This document shows positions 28,568 through 42,035 of a stretch of DNA of 64,000 bases, in pieces. A model generated the notes under the pieces. That model ran no database searches and was not told the origin of the DNA. It saw only the letters and a program-made list of their open reading frames with translations. The position numbers and the translations under genes were made by a program. The first letter of the stretch is position 1, and the number at the start of each line of letters is the position of its first letter. Where the stretch lies: the NCBI GenBank assembly GCA_964016885.1, contig CAXHJY010000157.1:1-64000 (forward strand), given 5' to 3'. Source of the DNA: Eledone cirrhosa. Its lineage: Eukaryota.

Positions 28568-28754
28568 TAGTAATAATAATAAATTTGAAGACTAAAATCC
28601 AAAGAGGGCTCGATAAGGTTAAATATATATCAAATATATAAGAACCGTAGAACAAGTATTTATTAAAATAACAGATCAAAGTTTAAGCAAAGAATCGTTA
28701 AGGGTGAAAGCACCGATTCTTTGTTTAAACTTTAATCTGTTATTTTAATAAATA
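28568..28754. mobile_element. TA-flanked mini-insertion with a 41-bp-arm hairpin
   Basis: 28657-28697 versus 28714-28754; 28568-28650 is the reverse complement of 50569-50650. Confidence 0.7.
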
Positions 28755-29496
28755 TATATATATATATATATTTAAATATAAGTATGTATACGTACATACA
28801 TATATGTATACAGACGTACAGTAGTATGTATATACATACATACATGCACGCATATATATATGTACATATGAATTTACCGAACATTTATTATAATGTTAGC
28901 TTTATAGTTTTAAAGGTTCGGTATATACGTTCAAACGTTCAATCAACTGACAGGAAGGTATACGGTGCTGATGACAGCTAATAAGCTAGAAACTAGTTCA
29001 TCGTTCCTTTGTCAGTGTTGAACAAAATGCCAACGATGGTTGCCGAACACTGTACGGCTAATGATTCGGGCTGTTTGTTTACAAGCAAACCGAACATTAT
29101 AATAAATGTTCGGTAAACCCATATATATATGTGTGCATGTATGAATGCATATGCATAGTACTGTACGTCTGTAAACATATATGTATGTACGTATACATAC
29201 TTATATTTAAGTATCACCCGTACTAAGAGTGAGAAATGAAATTTCATTTTTTTCATTTATATATATTTATTTATATATATATATATAATAGTAATGAGTA
29301 TAATCATCGAAGTAGCAGCTGCAAGCAGCAGATTTGTATCTGATTGAATTTCGAAGACTGTCACAAAGCACTTAATAATAAAGTAATTAAGAAAGTTCTC
29401 CTCTGGCTGAACACAAGAAGTTAGGTAATGGTGACACAATGAATAAAGCCACCAGAGGTATGTTGACACATTAATATTACAACAAGGAAAAATACA

Positions 29497-29534
<38 letters not shown>

Positions 29535-29536
<2 letters not shown>

Positions 29537-29596
29537 AATGAGTAGGACCCGCGACGGCTGAGCTCAAGCCGTTTTGACGGCTAATTCTGGACTAAA
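29535..29596. mobile_element. family H single arm in (TA)n
   Basis: ggaatgagtaggaccccgcgacggctgagctcaagccgttttgacggctaattctggacta. Confidence 0.8.
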
Positions 29597-29682
29597 TATA
29601 TATATATAAAAGTAATAACAAAACAAACGGCACAATACATGGAAGAAATATTAGTTTAACGCTTGAAATAGCAGGAAGAGAG

Positions 29683-29718
29683 TCTTATTGTTTCAGACAC
29701 TAGTCCGTCATCAGAAGA
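29683..29718 (-). ncRNA. minimal hammerhead motif (family P), stem III decayed
   Basis: Minus: tctt-CTGATGA-c-ggac-tagt-gtct-GAAA-caata-aga. Confidence 0.65.
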
Positions 29719-30151
29719 TAGAATTAGAAATAGAAGCTAAATAAAAAGTGAAGAGTGATGAGAGGAAGGAACGGGGAAAATGAGAGAAAAAAATGGGGGG
29801 AAAAAGATATACGCGTGCCTATTCAGTCGGCTAATAAGGTGAATTGCAGGGTCGTTAGAACGTCAAATAAAATTATTTGCAGTTTTCGTTTAGGCTCTCT
29901 CAAATCTCGCGGATGTCAAATATGCCTTTCATCCATTGAAGGTCGATGGATAAAGTACCAGTCTAGTGGTGGAATTAATTCTTGTTCTATATCTCTTTCT
30001 CATTCCCATTCTTCCACACACCCTATCCTTCTCTGGAAGAGGTCTGTTGTTTTTAAACTGAATGACAAATTCTATCCATTGGTAAACCACAACCCACACA
30101 CAAACAGGGGCGCACATATATATATATATATATATATATATTCTTTTTTTT

Positions 30152-30193
<42 letters not shown>

Positions 30194-30224
30194 TTTATAC
30201 CACAGACCTTCCATCTCAACTCTA

Positions 30225-30260
30225 CTTTTGAAAAGCAGAAGAACTGCGAAACCGGTAAAG
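30225..30260 (+). ncRNA. minimal hammerhead motif with U3-A8 core variant
   Basis: ctt-TTGAAAA-gcag-aagaa-ctgc-GAAA-ccgg-TA-aag. Confidence 0.7.
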
Positions 30261-30402
30261 GAACCAAATAAATATATATATTTTTTTTTTAAAATAAGAC
30301 TCCAGTTGCATTTTCGATTTCATCTTTTTTTCTTTATACTTTTATACTTTCACTCGTGTAGGACACCTCGGTTATTTTTCATTTTGTAAAAAAAAACCTC
30401 AC

Positions 30403-30449
<47 letters not shown>

Positions 30450-30451
<2 letters not shown>

Positions 30452-30585
30452 AACCAGTAAGACCCCGACGGCTTGAGCTCAGCCGTCGGGGTCTTACTGG
30501 TTCCTATTACCCACTCTACTACCCTAAGTATTGAGTACTTTGGTGCGTTATGGTCCACCTGGTTCCTTACCACATTTCCTTCGTT
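30450..30585 (+). mobile_element. family H fold-back insertion, apex in stem III
   Basis: ggaaccagtaagacccc-gacggcttgagctcagccgtc-ggggtcttactggttcc plus tail ending ttccttcgtt. Confidence 0.85.
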
Positions 30586-30789
30586 ATATATATAGAGAGA
30601 GAGAGAGATAGATATGGCCACAGTACTTGTGTGTGCGAGGTCACGTGTTTTAGCCTGTGCCAGCGTGACCGTTTATATATGTGGCAGTTAGTTCCCTTGC
30701 ATTTAACAATAGACTTAATAGAAATATTGAATGAAACTTGTCTACGGGAACACTATGACAGTGATGTGTTCCTTCCTGTTGTTGTTATT

Positions 30790-31114
30790 GTTGTAGAATG
30801 CGTGGGCTGTATATCTATTGCTGATGTTGTTTGTGTTGTTATGTTGAAGAATGTTTTGTCTATTATAAATATTGTTGTTGGTGTTGCACTTGTTATGATG
30901 GAGAATATGTGGTCTGTCATATCTATATTGTTGTTGTTGTTGTTGTTGTTAATTTGTTGATGGAGAATATGTTATCTATTATATCAATATTCTTGTTATT
31001 GTTGTTGTTATAGACAATGTCTGCTCTGTTATATATATATTGTTGTTGTTGTTAGATCTAGAATGTGTGGTCTGTTACATACATATTGTTGTGTTATGAT
31101 GGGGAATGTGTCTC

Positions 31115-31157
<43 letters not shown>

Positions 31158-31190
31158 CTTTTATTGTTATAATATATAGAATGTGTCTCC

Positions 31191-31253
<63 letters not shown>

Positions 31254-31287
31254 GTTTTTATTGTTGTAATATATAGAATGTGTCTCC

Positions 31288-31366
<79 letters not shown>

Positions 31367-31402
31367 GTTTTTATTGTTGTAATATATAGAATGTGTCTCC
31401 TG

Positions 31403-31474
<72 letters not shown>

Positions 31475-31535
31475 TATTGTTTTTATTGTTATAATATAGA
31501 ATGTGTGGCCTGTTTTATATATTGTTGTTGTTGTG
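30790..31535. repeat. composite minisatellite whose units enclose variable (TA)n
   Basis: gaatgtgtctcctgat-(AT)n-ttttattgtt..aatatata four times (31104-31500), with degenerate units upstream. Confidence 0.85.
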
Positions 31536-31834
31536 TGTGGCTTGAAATGTTTGTTGTCAGCGCTAAATTAAGAAACGTCATGTGGATAGATAGTTTATCG
31601 ATTGTCTGCTATTGGTAGCAGGGAAATAGCTAATGAGAATGATTGATGCTATTGATCGATATACCTATTGCCAACATTATAATAGGAGATAATAAATCAA
31701 TGACGGAAATGATCAATGAGAAATGAAAACCAGCTTTGCATGGTACGTTATTGCATAATATATCATCATATAGTAGTGTAGTACTGTATAGGTCATGTAA
31801 AATGTAGAATCATATTAACATAGTATGTTAAAGC

Positions 31835-32052
31835 AGGCGTCAAGAGACCCAGGGGGAGATCCCGAACAAGATGGTCGGATAACATCCATGAACTTGACCG
31901 GTCTCGCTTGGGGATCCAGACGGATCGATTTGGAGACGGTTGCGTCCGACGGGACCTGCTGGAAGGACTGTTTGAGGACCCTGTCCCCCGGTCCACGACA
32001 CTCTCTGGAAGAAGAAGACGAAGAAGAAGAAGAAGAAGAAGAAGAAGAAGAA
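31835..32052 (+). mobile_element. RTE-like LINE 3' end with (GAA)n tail
   Basis: RPRGRSRTRWSDNIHE, then LETVASDGTCWKDCLRTL across a frameshift. Confidence 0.75.
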
Positions 32053-32689
32053 AAGGTGGATGAGTGTGGAATGACAATAATAGTAATGCTAAATCTAGAT
32101 GTAATTCTCGGTGTTGTCGGACGGACCTACTGGCATCGCTCTCCCATGATATGAAGACATCGCGCCCGCAGAAGGAGCACCATGGCTGATCAGGGGAGAT
32201 AACTCACTGTTTTAAATAACTACATGTTTGCCAACTTGATTGCGCAGTGTAGCTGAGATATGTTATTCAACAGACAGTGAGGATTTTGCTTGGTATTTTG
32301 TGTTGTTTTATTGTTTGTTTGTTGTTGTTTTGTTTGCATTCGTTGTTTCGTAATATAATCATTGTAAATGCAACCTGTCACTTTTTTCCTATGAGATACT
32401 ACTGTTTGTTGGTTGAGGCAAAACATTCTATTGTGAAGAAAGAAAAAAAATAGTAAATCAACATTTGAAGAAGGCTTATCTAAGGAAACGTTATGTTTCC
32501 AACACTTCACTTGATAAGCGAAACATTGAAATCTAACGCACTCTACTATATTTCCCATGGTATACTATAGGCCAATATGGTAGTGTGTTCTATATTAATA
32601 TTTGGTGGAATAGATATCTTGTTTGAAAAAAAAAGAGTTCAGCCTGAAAAATGGTCAGATTCTAACAGTCTATCAGGTTTCTTGGATAT

Positions 32690-32740
32690 ATATATATATA
32701 TGTGTGTGTGTGTGGGGTGTATGTGTGTGTGTGTGTGTGT

Positions 32741-32819
<79 letters not shown>

Positions 32820-32846
32820 TGTGTGTGTGTGCGTGTGTGTGTGTGT
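32690..32846. repeat. (TG)n microsatellite
   Basis: Directly visible. Confidence 0.95.
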
Positions 32847-33136
32847 AAAAGTTAAACAGAAATAACACCACAATCGTTACAGTATATGGTATATGGAAGA
32901 AAGAATGAGAAATAAGATAGATTGAAGGGACGGGCGGGGTGGAATTGAAAAAAATGTCTTTAGATAAAAATAACAGCTCCATTCATGTTGACATCTCTTT
33001 GGATTTTCAAATTGGATTTTCATCCCGAAACTGGAGACCAACCCGGAATTTACCCGAACTTCCACCAGGAAATCTTTCGTATCACTGAAATTTTCTTTCC
33101 TTCTTGCATTTATATATATATATATATATATATATA

Positions 33137-33325
33137 GGAACGAGTAGGACCCCGAGGGCTGAGCTCAAGCCGTCTCGACGGCTAATTCCGTCCAGAATTA
33201 GCCGTCGAAACGGCTTGAGCTCAGCCGTCGGGGTCCTACTCGTTCATATTACCCACTCTATTACCCTAAGTATTGAGTACTTTGGTGCGTTATGGTCCAC
33301 CTGGTTCCTTACCACATTTCCTTCG

Positions 33326-33327
<2 letters not shown>
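33137..33327 (+). mobile_element. family H fold-back insertion with 3' tail
   Basis: Hairpin plus attacccactc...ttccttcgtt, flanked by TA. Confidence 0.85.
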
Positions 33328-33407
<80 letters not shown>

Positions 33408-33778
33408 AAAACGTAAACGGGAGTAGCAAAGCAAACCGCACAGTAGAATGAAGAAATATATTAGTTTAACGCTTCATGTAGCAAAAAAAAGTGTCTTTAC
33501 ATTCCAGACATTAGTCCTTCTCAGCAGAAAGAATGCGAAATAATAGTTAGGGAGTGAGAGAAGGAAGGAAAATGCACGTTTGTATTCAGTCGGACAATAT
33601 TCTTGTAATGTTTACTTCAAACACTGTGTAATATGTACACAACAGTGTTTTATTAGAAAGCCACAGCAAAGAAAATGGGGCACTCCAAATTAAAAGCAGG
33701 GGTGAGTTTGAACCTCACGCGCGATGCCGTTCACTTCTTCCGTCTCCAGAGGCTCATGCCGAACCATTAAGATATTAT

Positions 33779-33966
33779 TGGATTGGCAGTAACAGTGGAG
33801 GGTCGGACGCCTTGCTTTACAACATAGAGTTACATCCCTTTACAGTCCGAGTTCAAATTCTGCCAAGGTTAACTTTTCCTTTCATCCTTACGGGGGTCGA
33901 TAAAATAAAGTACCAGTAATGTACTGGGATAATTGCTGGCCTTGTGCCAAAAATAGAAACAATTAT
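33779..33966 (+). mobile_element. SINE family A
   Basis: Near-consensus copy. Confidence 0.9.
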
Positions 33967-34043
33967 TATAGTCAGAAACGTTTGTTGAAGCTGTTAACTT
34001 GAAGCTGAATACTTTTAAATATCTCTCTATATATATATGTATG

Positions 34044-34127
<84 letters not shown>

Positions 34128-34139
34128 TGTGTCTGTCTA

Positions 34140-34188
<49 letters not shown>

Positions 34189-34719
34189 GTGTATGTGTGT
34201 GTCTGCTTGGTTAAGGTATACTGAAAGAAAATTTCTCAATTGTAAACGAAAATTGAACTTCACCTGAACAGCAATTTTCTAATAAATAACATAATTTTAT
34301 TTAACACATTGGTTTTCTACATTGCACATCATTTTATATTATAGCGAAAGCGAGATTTTCTTCCCTGTGTGCATACAAACTGTAAAAATTGATAGTCTAG
34401 AATATTGTAAACCCCGTTTATAAATTAACGAATGTTCCAAATATAACTGAGGCTGAGCAAATCAGGAATTATGTTCAACTGGAAAGGAATGTAATTTAGA
34501 TCTGACACCTATGTAGATTTAGTTGATGTCCTACGCGGGTATATCTGATAGAATGTGTATTTGAGTATGTGTGTGTTCCAATGATAGTATCCCAGTCCTA
34601 CCATAAAAAACGTGAAATGAAGTGTCTTGCTCAAGAACACTGTGTGCTTTCAAGTACAGGAATCGAATCCACCAGTATGAATAAGATCGTGAATTGAACG
34701 ATTTTTACGGGCAAAAACC

Positions 34720-34945
34720 AACCGACCAGATACCAAGAGGTAGTCCCCGAACAAGATGGTTGGATAACATTCATGAGTTTGGCTAGTCTCGTTTGTGGAT
34801 ACAGCCGGATCAGTTGGAGACGGTTGCTTCTAACAGGACCCGCTGGAAGGAGTGTCTGAGGACTCTCTCAGAAATAAGTGGGTGAAGAAGGAGAAGGAGA
34901 AGAAGGAGGACGAGGAGGAGGGGGAAGAAGAAGAAGAAGAAGAAG

Positions 34946-34975
<30 letters not shown>
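34720..34975 (+). mobile_element. RTE-like LINE 3' end with (GAA)n tail
   Basis: PRGSPRTRWLDNIHE then ETVASNRTRWKECLRT; same family as 31835. Confidence 0.75.
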
Positions 34976-34976
<1 letters not shown>

Positions 34977-36429
34977 TCAATGCAATAACCGCTCGTCTTA
35001 CACGCTGTCACAGTATAAAACTACTCAAATTATTACAGCCCACCAAACAAGATGTAATTGAATCTATAGTTTACATTGTATAGAAAGAATATATTAATAT
35101 ATAGAAAGAGTGTCCTTAGATTTTGAAAATGACTCATGCACAGCATTTAATTTTATTGCTCTTCTTGAAGACTACTTATCTTAATATTATATTTTCTTGT
35201 CGCAAAAGAAGTACACAAGACCCTTGAAATATATATAATACAAATAATACAAATACTATTCGATATCATATATATAACGCATAATTATAAATATATAGCA
35301 GACGACACCATCCGATTAGTTACTTTCCGTCAATTCCTGTTTCATAGGGGTGATATATTATGTATAAATAATTTGAGAGATGTGATAAAATGTTGGCTTG
35401 TCATTTGTAATATATTTGCCATCTATATTAAAATACTATTCTACTCTTTCACAGTGTTTATGTAGTATTTACTAATGGCTATACTAAATAGTATAAGGAA
35501 ATGATATTTATTTCATGCTATTAAATATATAAAACTATGCAATCTGAGAATGTCTTTTTCCTGAATTAATACTTAATTTTATCATTCTTGTCAAACTTTA
35601 TGTTATACTTAGTGATACTCCTATTTCTATACTTGTGTTAAAACATTGTCGTTCTTTTTTATTTCTTTCGTGGATCTTAACAAAATCGCTGAGAAATATC
35701 ATGAATATGAATTAAGTTTTACGATTTATTTCGGATGTCTGTGTCTTTGTAAGAAGAACGAAGATATATTTTCTAATAAATTATATCTTGCCCAATAAAA
35801 TGACACATCAGACCTGACGACTGTTATTAAAATCTGCTGAGACGACTTTAACCACGCTGCAGCCTCACTTTCGTACAATAAATATTTAATGACATGATTG
35901 CTTATGCCTGTAGCTCTACGGAACCTTTCATATATAAGTATTTATTTATTGCTTTCATTTGCAGTTAAAGATTAAATCATAAGTAACCACATAAATCTTA
36001 TTTCTTTAAGTATTCCAGGAAATATTGAGCTATATACTGTATATTGACAGCTAAACATAGTAGCTAATGTTATCACCAATCTGGTAATAGACTGAGCCTG
36101 TATTACGTAGGAATCTCCGCTATTATCTTTCTAAACAACATTTAAAATGTTTCAATATCTGTCAACAAATAGTGAAAACGAATGTTAATTTATTTTCAAA
36201 GATGATAAATTAATCTGACGTCATTTCCACATTCTTGTGTTGTTAGTCATAAGGAGATAACTCATAAAATACTTTGTTCTTGTTTTCAAATCAGGATTCA
36301 TCTGATACATTCATACGATAAACACACACAAATATGCATACATGCAAGCATATACGAACATACTTACATATATACACAAACATGTAGATACCCACATGCA
36401 TGTACACACATACGCACATACAAAATCCT

Positions 36430-36703
36430 GGGCCTTCTCACTTTTGTTGGATTACATTCAGTCGCACTAACAGTCCACCTGTTGTCTCTGACTCAAAAGA
36501 TATGGTCAGACCATCTATGTTTGCCGTTTCTTGTGGTCTTGATTTTGTCAGTCACTTCATTTGTACCATCTTGCCTTTGGCCACCTTCTGGTTCTTCTGC
36601 ACTGCCTTGGTTTACACTCTGTCACCCGAGCAGTCCACCTGTTGACTCTGAGACGAAAGATATGGTCAGACCATTTATGTTTGTCCTTCCTGATGGTCTA
36701 GAT
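36430..36703 (-). mobile_element. RTE LINE 3' remnant with 74-bp direct duplication
   Basis: 36471-36544 matches 36631-36704; minus strand RPSGR..KWSDHI motif. Confidence 0.55.
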
Positions 36704-37194
36704 TAAAGGTTCTCAACGGGGGGGGGGGGCATTTCGTAACCCCAGGGAGCGTTATGCAGTAAGAGGGCGTTTGAAACTTTGAGGGCGCTAGAAACTCCTT
36801 TAGTTTGGTAAGTTTTATAAGTCATATTGGTATGTCTCTTAGACAGTCAGTGAATTGAATGAAGAAAACAAAGAAAATAAATTAAAGAAGCTTGTCAACG
36901 AATTCCCTAGGGAGATAAAAGAAAATCAAAAGAAATCAAAGAGGATGAAGTAAGGACTACTTCAACAGAAATGACAAGAAGAAGCAATGGTGGTGAACAT
37001 ACACACACACGTATATACACATACATACACGCACACACATATATACACACGCAGGCCGGCGTTAGTGTTTGATGAAGTTGAGAACCTGGTCAGCTTTCAG
37101 CCAGAAGTGTGGTACTTAAACTCCCTAGGTAATAAAATCTGGCGACAAAAATGTTCTCCTTACCAAAAAAAGAAGACGTGGATCATATCAACAT

Positions 37195-37294
37195 CCTTAC
37201 ACACTTAAATATAAATGCATGTATATATACAAATATATAAATGCATAGCTATATACATACGTAAATGTATGTATATATGTATGTATGTATGTAG

Positions 37295-37343
<49 letters not shown>

Positions 37344-37402
37344 TACATACATATATATATAAATATACATACATACATATATATAAATATACATACATAC
37401 AA

Positions 37403-37483
<81 letters not shown>

Positions 37484-37606
37484 CATATATATATATAAAT
37501 CTACATACATACATACATATATACATACATACATTTACGTATGTATATAGCTATGCATTTATACATTTGTATATATATACATGCATTTATATTTAAGTGT
37601 GTAAGG
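37195..37606. repeat. inverted duplication (~105-bp arms) around a (TA)n tract
   Basis: ccttacacacttaaatataaatgcatg...gtagattta versus taaatctac...catgcatttatatttaagtgtgtaagg. Confidence 0.85.
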
Positions 37607-37672
<66 letters not shown>

Positions 37673-37715
37673 ATAATATATATAGTATATACACACACCC
37701 ACCCCCACACACACG

Positions 37716-37776
<61 letters not shown>

Positions 37777-38015
37777 GCAGTGTGACAAGAAGCTTGTTTC
37801 CCAACCACATATTTCCGGGTTCAACCGACCAAAGCCCTGTGAGTGGATTTGATAGATCGAAACTAAAAGAAGCCCGTCGTAAATATATCTGTGTCTTTGC
37901 GTTTGTGTTTGCCCTCCCACCAATGCTTGTTGGTTTGTTGACGTCCCGATAACTTACCAACGTAATGCTCCAGCATGCGCGTAGTCTAGAGACAGAAAAA
38001 AAGTAAAATGTGTGT

Positions 38016-38066
<51 letters not shown>

Positions 38067-38179
38067 TGTGTGTATAGAAGAGCGGTCTCAAACTGACGGA
38101 CACAAAAGGGCTATTACGTCCTGGAGGAGAGGCACGGTGGGCCAAACGTGGTGATGGGTGAAAGTTTTCACCAGTTCTA

Positions 38180-38397
38180 ATCATTTCTACTATAGGAACA
38201 AGAGGTATGAAATCTGGGATTTAGGGTTCAGTCGATTGCATCGATCCTAGTACACAACTGGTACTTAATTCATCGACCCAAAAAGGATGTAAGGCAAAGT
38301 TGAGATCGGTGGAATTTGAACTCAGAACGTAAAATCGGAAGAAGTACCGTTAAGCATTTCGCCAGATGTGCTAACGATTCCACCAGCTCGCCGCCTT
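38180..38397 (-). mobile_element. SINE, related subfamily, with TSD
   Basis: Head ggcggcgagctggtggaatcgttag on the minus strand; flanked by ttttcaccagttctaat / ttttcaccagttataat. Confidence 0.85.
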
Positions 38398-38496
38398 CTT
38401 TTCACCAGTTATAATGCGATATGAAATATTGGTTCTACCACGGGCCACAGATAAGTAGTTCGCGGGCCGCATGTGTGAGCCTCCTGTTGGACATAA

Positions 38497-39092
38497 ATAG
38501 ATAAATTTCTTTATTAGCCACAAGGGCACAAAAGAAGGGGACAAATACAAATGGGGAGTTTACATAGAGGTATATGAAAATAAAACTATTAATACAATAA
38601 CAAATAACAATTGAAATCCCCAATAGGGGGGGAGGTGTTACACAGGGGTTGTACACACCCCGAAAAAATGTACAACCCTCATCTCCAGGAGCACCAAGAG
38701 TGAGTACTCCCTTGCTCTCTTCCTCTTTTTCCTCAACCTACAGGTTTATATAGAGAGAAGGCCCAACCACTCGGGCCATCTTTGCCACATTCACCCACCT
38801 TTTATAAAATTTACTGGGGTACAGCACCTCTCTCTCCATCCTGATTCTTCTTCCAAAATGATATTTGAAAAAACGAATCAGCTGCTCGCCGGAGAGAAAG
38901 GTGTCCGACCTCAGCCCTTTTAACCTCGTCCACCATATAACCTCTTTCTCCATAGCCATAACACATAGGAAAACCGCCTCTCCCTCGTTTTTGAAGGAGG
39001 GTGGCGGTTTGATCATGACAATGGACTCGGTGGTCAACTGGATTGGTCCCACCCGCGACAATAGTCGTTCTACATAGCCCCACAGGTCGGTA
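38497..39092 (-). mobile_element. Tx1/L1-like LINE 3' end (ORF2 C-terminus and 3' UTR)
   Basis: LWGYVERLLSR...AMEKEVIWWTRLKG...FYKRWVNVAKM, stop at 38738; aataaa near 38510. Confidence 0.75.
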
Positions 39093-39165
39093 TAGATAGA
39101 TAGACGTGTACCAAACACACATACATTTCTTACTCTCTCTGTCCCTCCCTCTTTCTCTCTTCATT

Positions 39166-39407
<242 letters not shown>

Positions 39408-40045
39408 GCGTTGATATTTGGCGTTGTTGAAAAGAGCCTTTGACCTGGCAATAAAAAACTGTAGACAAAATTCTTTCTGCACCAAGGCACACACACACAC
39501 AAGTGTGTGTGTGTGTATGTATATGTCTGTGTGTGTGTGTGTGTTTATCTATGTTTATATATAAGGAATAAAAATATTGCTTTCTCAGTCACCAAGCTTC
39601 TCAATTCATTCTTTACTAATTATTTTGCAAGGTACTATTTTTCCCCTGAGTTTGTGATTTCAGAGAAAGGTAAGAAATTCTTCATATTTTGCATCCTTTG
39701 TATTTTGACTTTGCAGTTTCAATTGTCTATCCACTCAAAATATTACAACAGCTAACAGTGAAATATAGAATTTAAAAAAAAAAAAGCTTTTTCCACTGAG
39801 ATCAAATGTTTTTTTTTTATTTCAAAAATATATAATTTGAAATAGCTTGCTTTTGTTTTGGACTGAAACTTTTTTGTATTTAATTCGTACGAGTATTTTT
39901 TAAAGAATCTAAGATAACTTGATTTGGCCCAGTAATCTACTGATATCAAAATCAGTAGTATATTGAAGAACGGAAAAATAGGGTAGGGGGGGGGGCGTTT
40001 CGTGATTTCGAGGGCCAAAATGGGTTGAGAAACTTTGGTCTAGAT

Positions 40046-40400
40046 TATTTCCTTCACTCTAATCTGTTGTCAAATCCATGTGTTGCTGTTCTAGTCAAGG
40101 TGATGCCGAGCATGACTCGCTCAATTTTACGTTGGTCTACTACAAGCATCTCACCAGTGGGCGGTGTTGGGTGCCCAAATCTCAATTTCATAAGTCATCA
40201 CCGTCAAAACACATTCATTAAACAGCTTTCTTTTGGTTTCAATTGTTGATTTGGAATTTCTAATGTTATAAGCTTTTCCAAAAGCCGCCCAGCCAGACAG
40301 AGCCCTTCTTTTGTAATCTCCCTTCCAAGGAACATGTAAATGTCTATTTCCTCTGGTGATGGTTTAGAGTGCCTGTTAAACATGACCTTGGTTTTTCCCA
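40046..40400 (-). pseudogene. RTE LINE RT remnant, upstream part of the element split by the hAT
   Basis: GKTKVMFN..EEIDIYMFLGREI and QRKIERVMLGITL. Confidence 0.7.
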
Positions 40401-40417
40401 CATACATACATACACAC

Positions 40418-40454
<37 letters not shown>

Positions 40455-40581
40455 CATTTAAAATAGGAGGTGCACAGTACGAAGGCAGTGGATATAAAAC
40501 AAAATATATATCCCCCCCCCCCTTTTTTATGTATTTCCACCTCCCTCCTGACACCCTTAGAACTCTTTTCCTTCCCACTTT

Positions 40582-40614
40582 TCTCCTGCTGAAGGGCTTA
40601 GGCTCGAAACGTCG
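40582..40614 (+). ncRNA. decayed hammerhead motif
   Basis: CTGCTGA-a-gggc-ttag-gctc-GAAA-cg-TC; A6 mutated, stem I poor. Confidence 0.5.
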
Positions 40615-40730
40615 TACCCCCCCCCCCACACACACACACACACTTTCAAGCGTGAACCTAATACTAACACTTTGTACTGCCCTCTTCCTTATTGTTTTTG
40701 TCCCCTCAATCTATCTTATTTCTCATTCTT

Positions 40731-40766
40731 TCTTCTGATGAAGGACTAGCGTCCGAAACGTTAAGA
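40731..40766 (+). ncRNA. minimal hammerhead ribozyme motif (family P)
   Basis: tctt-CTGATGA-a-ggac-tagc-gtcc-GAAA-cgtt-aaga; palindromic AACGTT. Confidence 0.8.
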
Positions 40767-41055
40767 CCCACTTTCTGCTATATCAAGCGTTAGCCTAATA
40801 TAACCCTTCCATATACTGTACGCATTGTGTTGTTATTTCTGTTTACATTTCACATACATATATATATATATATATATATTGGACTTTTTTTATGTAACCT
40901 TAAATATTAGTGGAGCAAAATCAACAATATAATGATATAGGAACCCATTGCTATAGAATCAGTTTAACAAAACATTCAGCCACAGGAACAACACGCTAAT
41001 ATATCATTCCTATTATCCACGAAACAGTCTCTTCTGACGACCACCTGACATGCAT

Positions 41056-41241
41056 AATAATTGTTTCTACTTTAGGCACAAGGCCAGCAATTATCCAGTA
41101 CATTACTGGTACTTTATTTTATCGACCCCGTAAGGATGAAAGGCAAAGTCAACCTCGGCGGGATTTGAACTCAGATCGTAAAGGGACGTAACTAATGTTG
41201 GAAAGCAAGGCGTCCGACCCTCTACCGATACTGCCAATCCG
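41056..41241 (-). mobile_element. SINE family A
   Basis: Near-consensus copy. Confidence 0.9.
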
Positions 41242-41775
41242 CAACATGAATATAACAATATTCAAACCACATATTTGCAGAGAGTTGCTTTGTAAGAACC
41301 ATATAACATGACAAACAGTTCTATTACAAAGTAACCCTGCTTATATTATATTACCAAGTTGCTTTTTGTAGATAACGATATATTAAATATAATAGTGTTT
41401 TTATTACACGGGAAAATGTCGTTTATTCAAGGGAATAAGCCTTCGTAAGTTCTCACAATTTTGGAGAATGTTCTTCAGCCACATATCTCTAAGTTGCTTC
41501 AATAAAAATATCTCACATCTCAAAATATTATTAAATATAAAAATATAAAATGTTTCTCAATCCTACCACAATCATACTTTGCACCGTTTAATCCGAGAAA
41601 AAGGGCAGAGCCTATGACACTTTGCAACGCCTCTTAGACTGTTGGAAGGGGGTCGAAAGATATTCTTAAAGTGAAAGCTAGGCCTGAATACTTGCAACAA
41701 AGTGGACTCTGTCAAGGGCACCCAAGTTCCAATACGTTTTATTAAACCGGGTGATAAATTACCTCTACTACCCAA

Positions 41776-42035
41776 ATGCCCTTGGCAGTGGAGACTTCTG
41801 GTGTCCTTGACCCTAGGACTACCTCCCTATTCCCCACCATAGGCGCTGAGCTAGCCAGCCGTAGGTGTGAGCCTCGCGAGTTGGAATGGCTCTTCCAGCA
41901 CATCTCCCTTACCATCCTCCTGGGAAACGTCTTCTCCATCCTCTCCGCCGGGGCTGTGGGGAGGCCAGCACGTGGGACCCCATTTCCTCACTATACGGAT
42001 TAATAGGCAAAGTTATAAACTATTGTAAATAAACG
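41776..42035 (+). pseudogene. CRE-like retrotransposon extreme 3' end (RLE C-terminus)
   Basis: PLAVETSGVLDPRT...GAELASRRCEPRELEWLFQHISLTILLGNVFSIL fits P-AVET-G...R-E--FL-Q-IS--I--GN--SIL; aataaa at ~42028. Confidence 0.75.
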
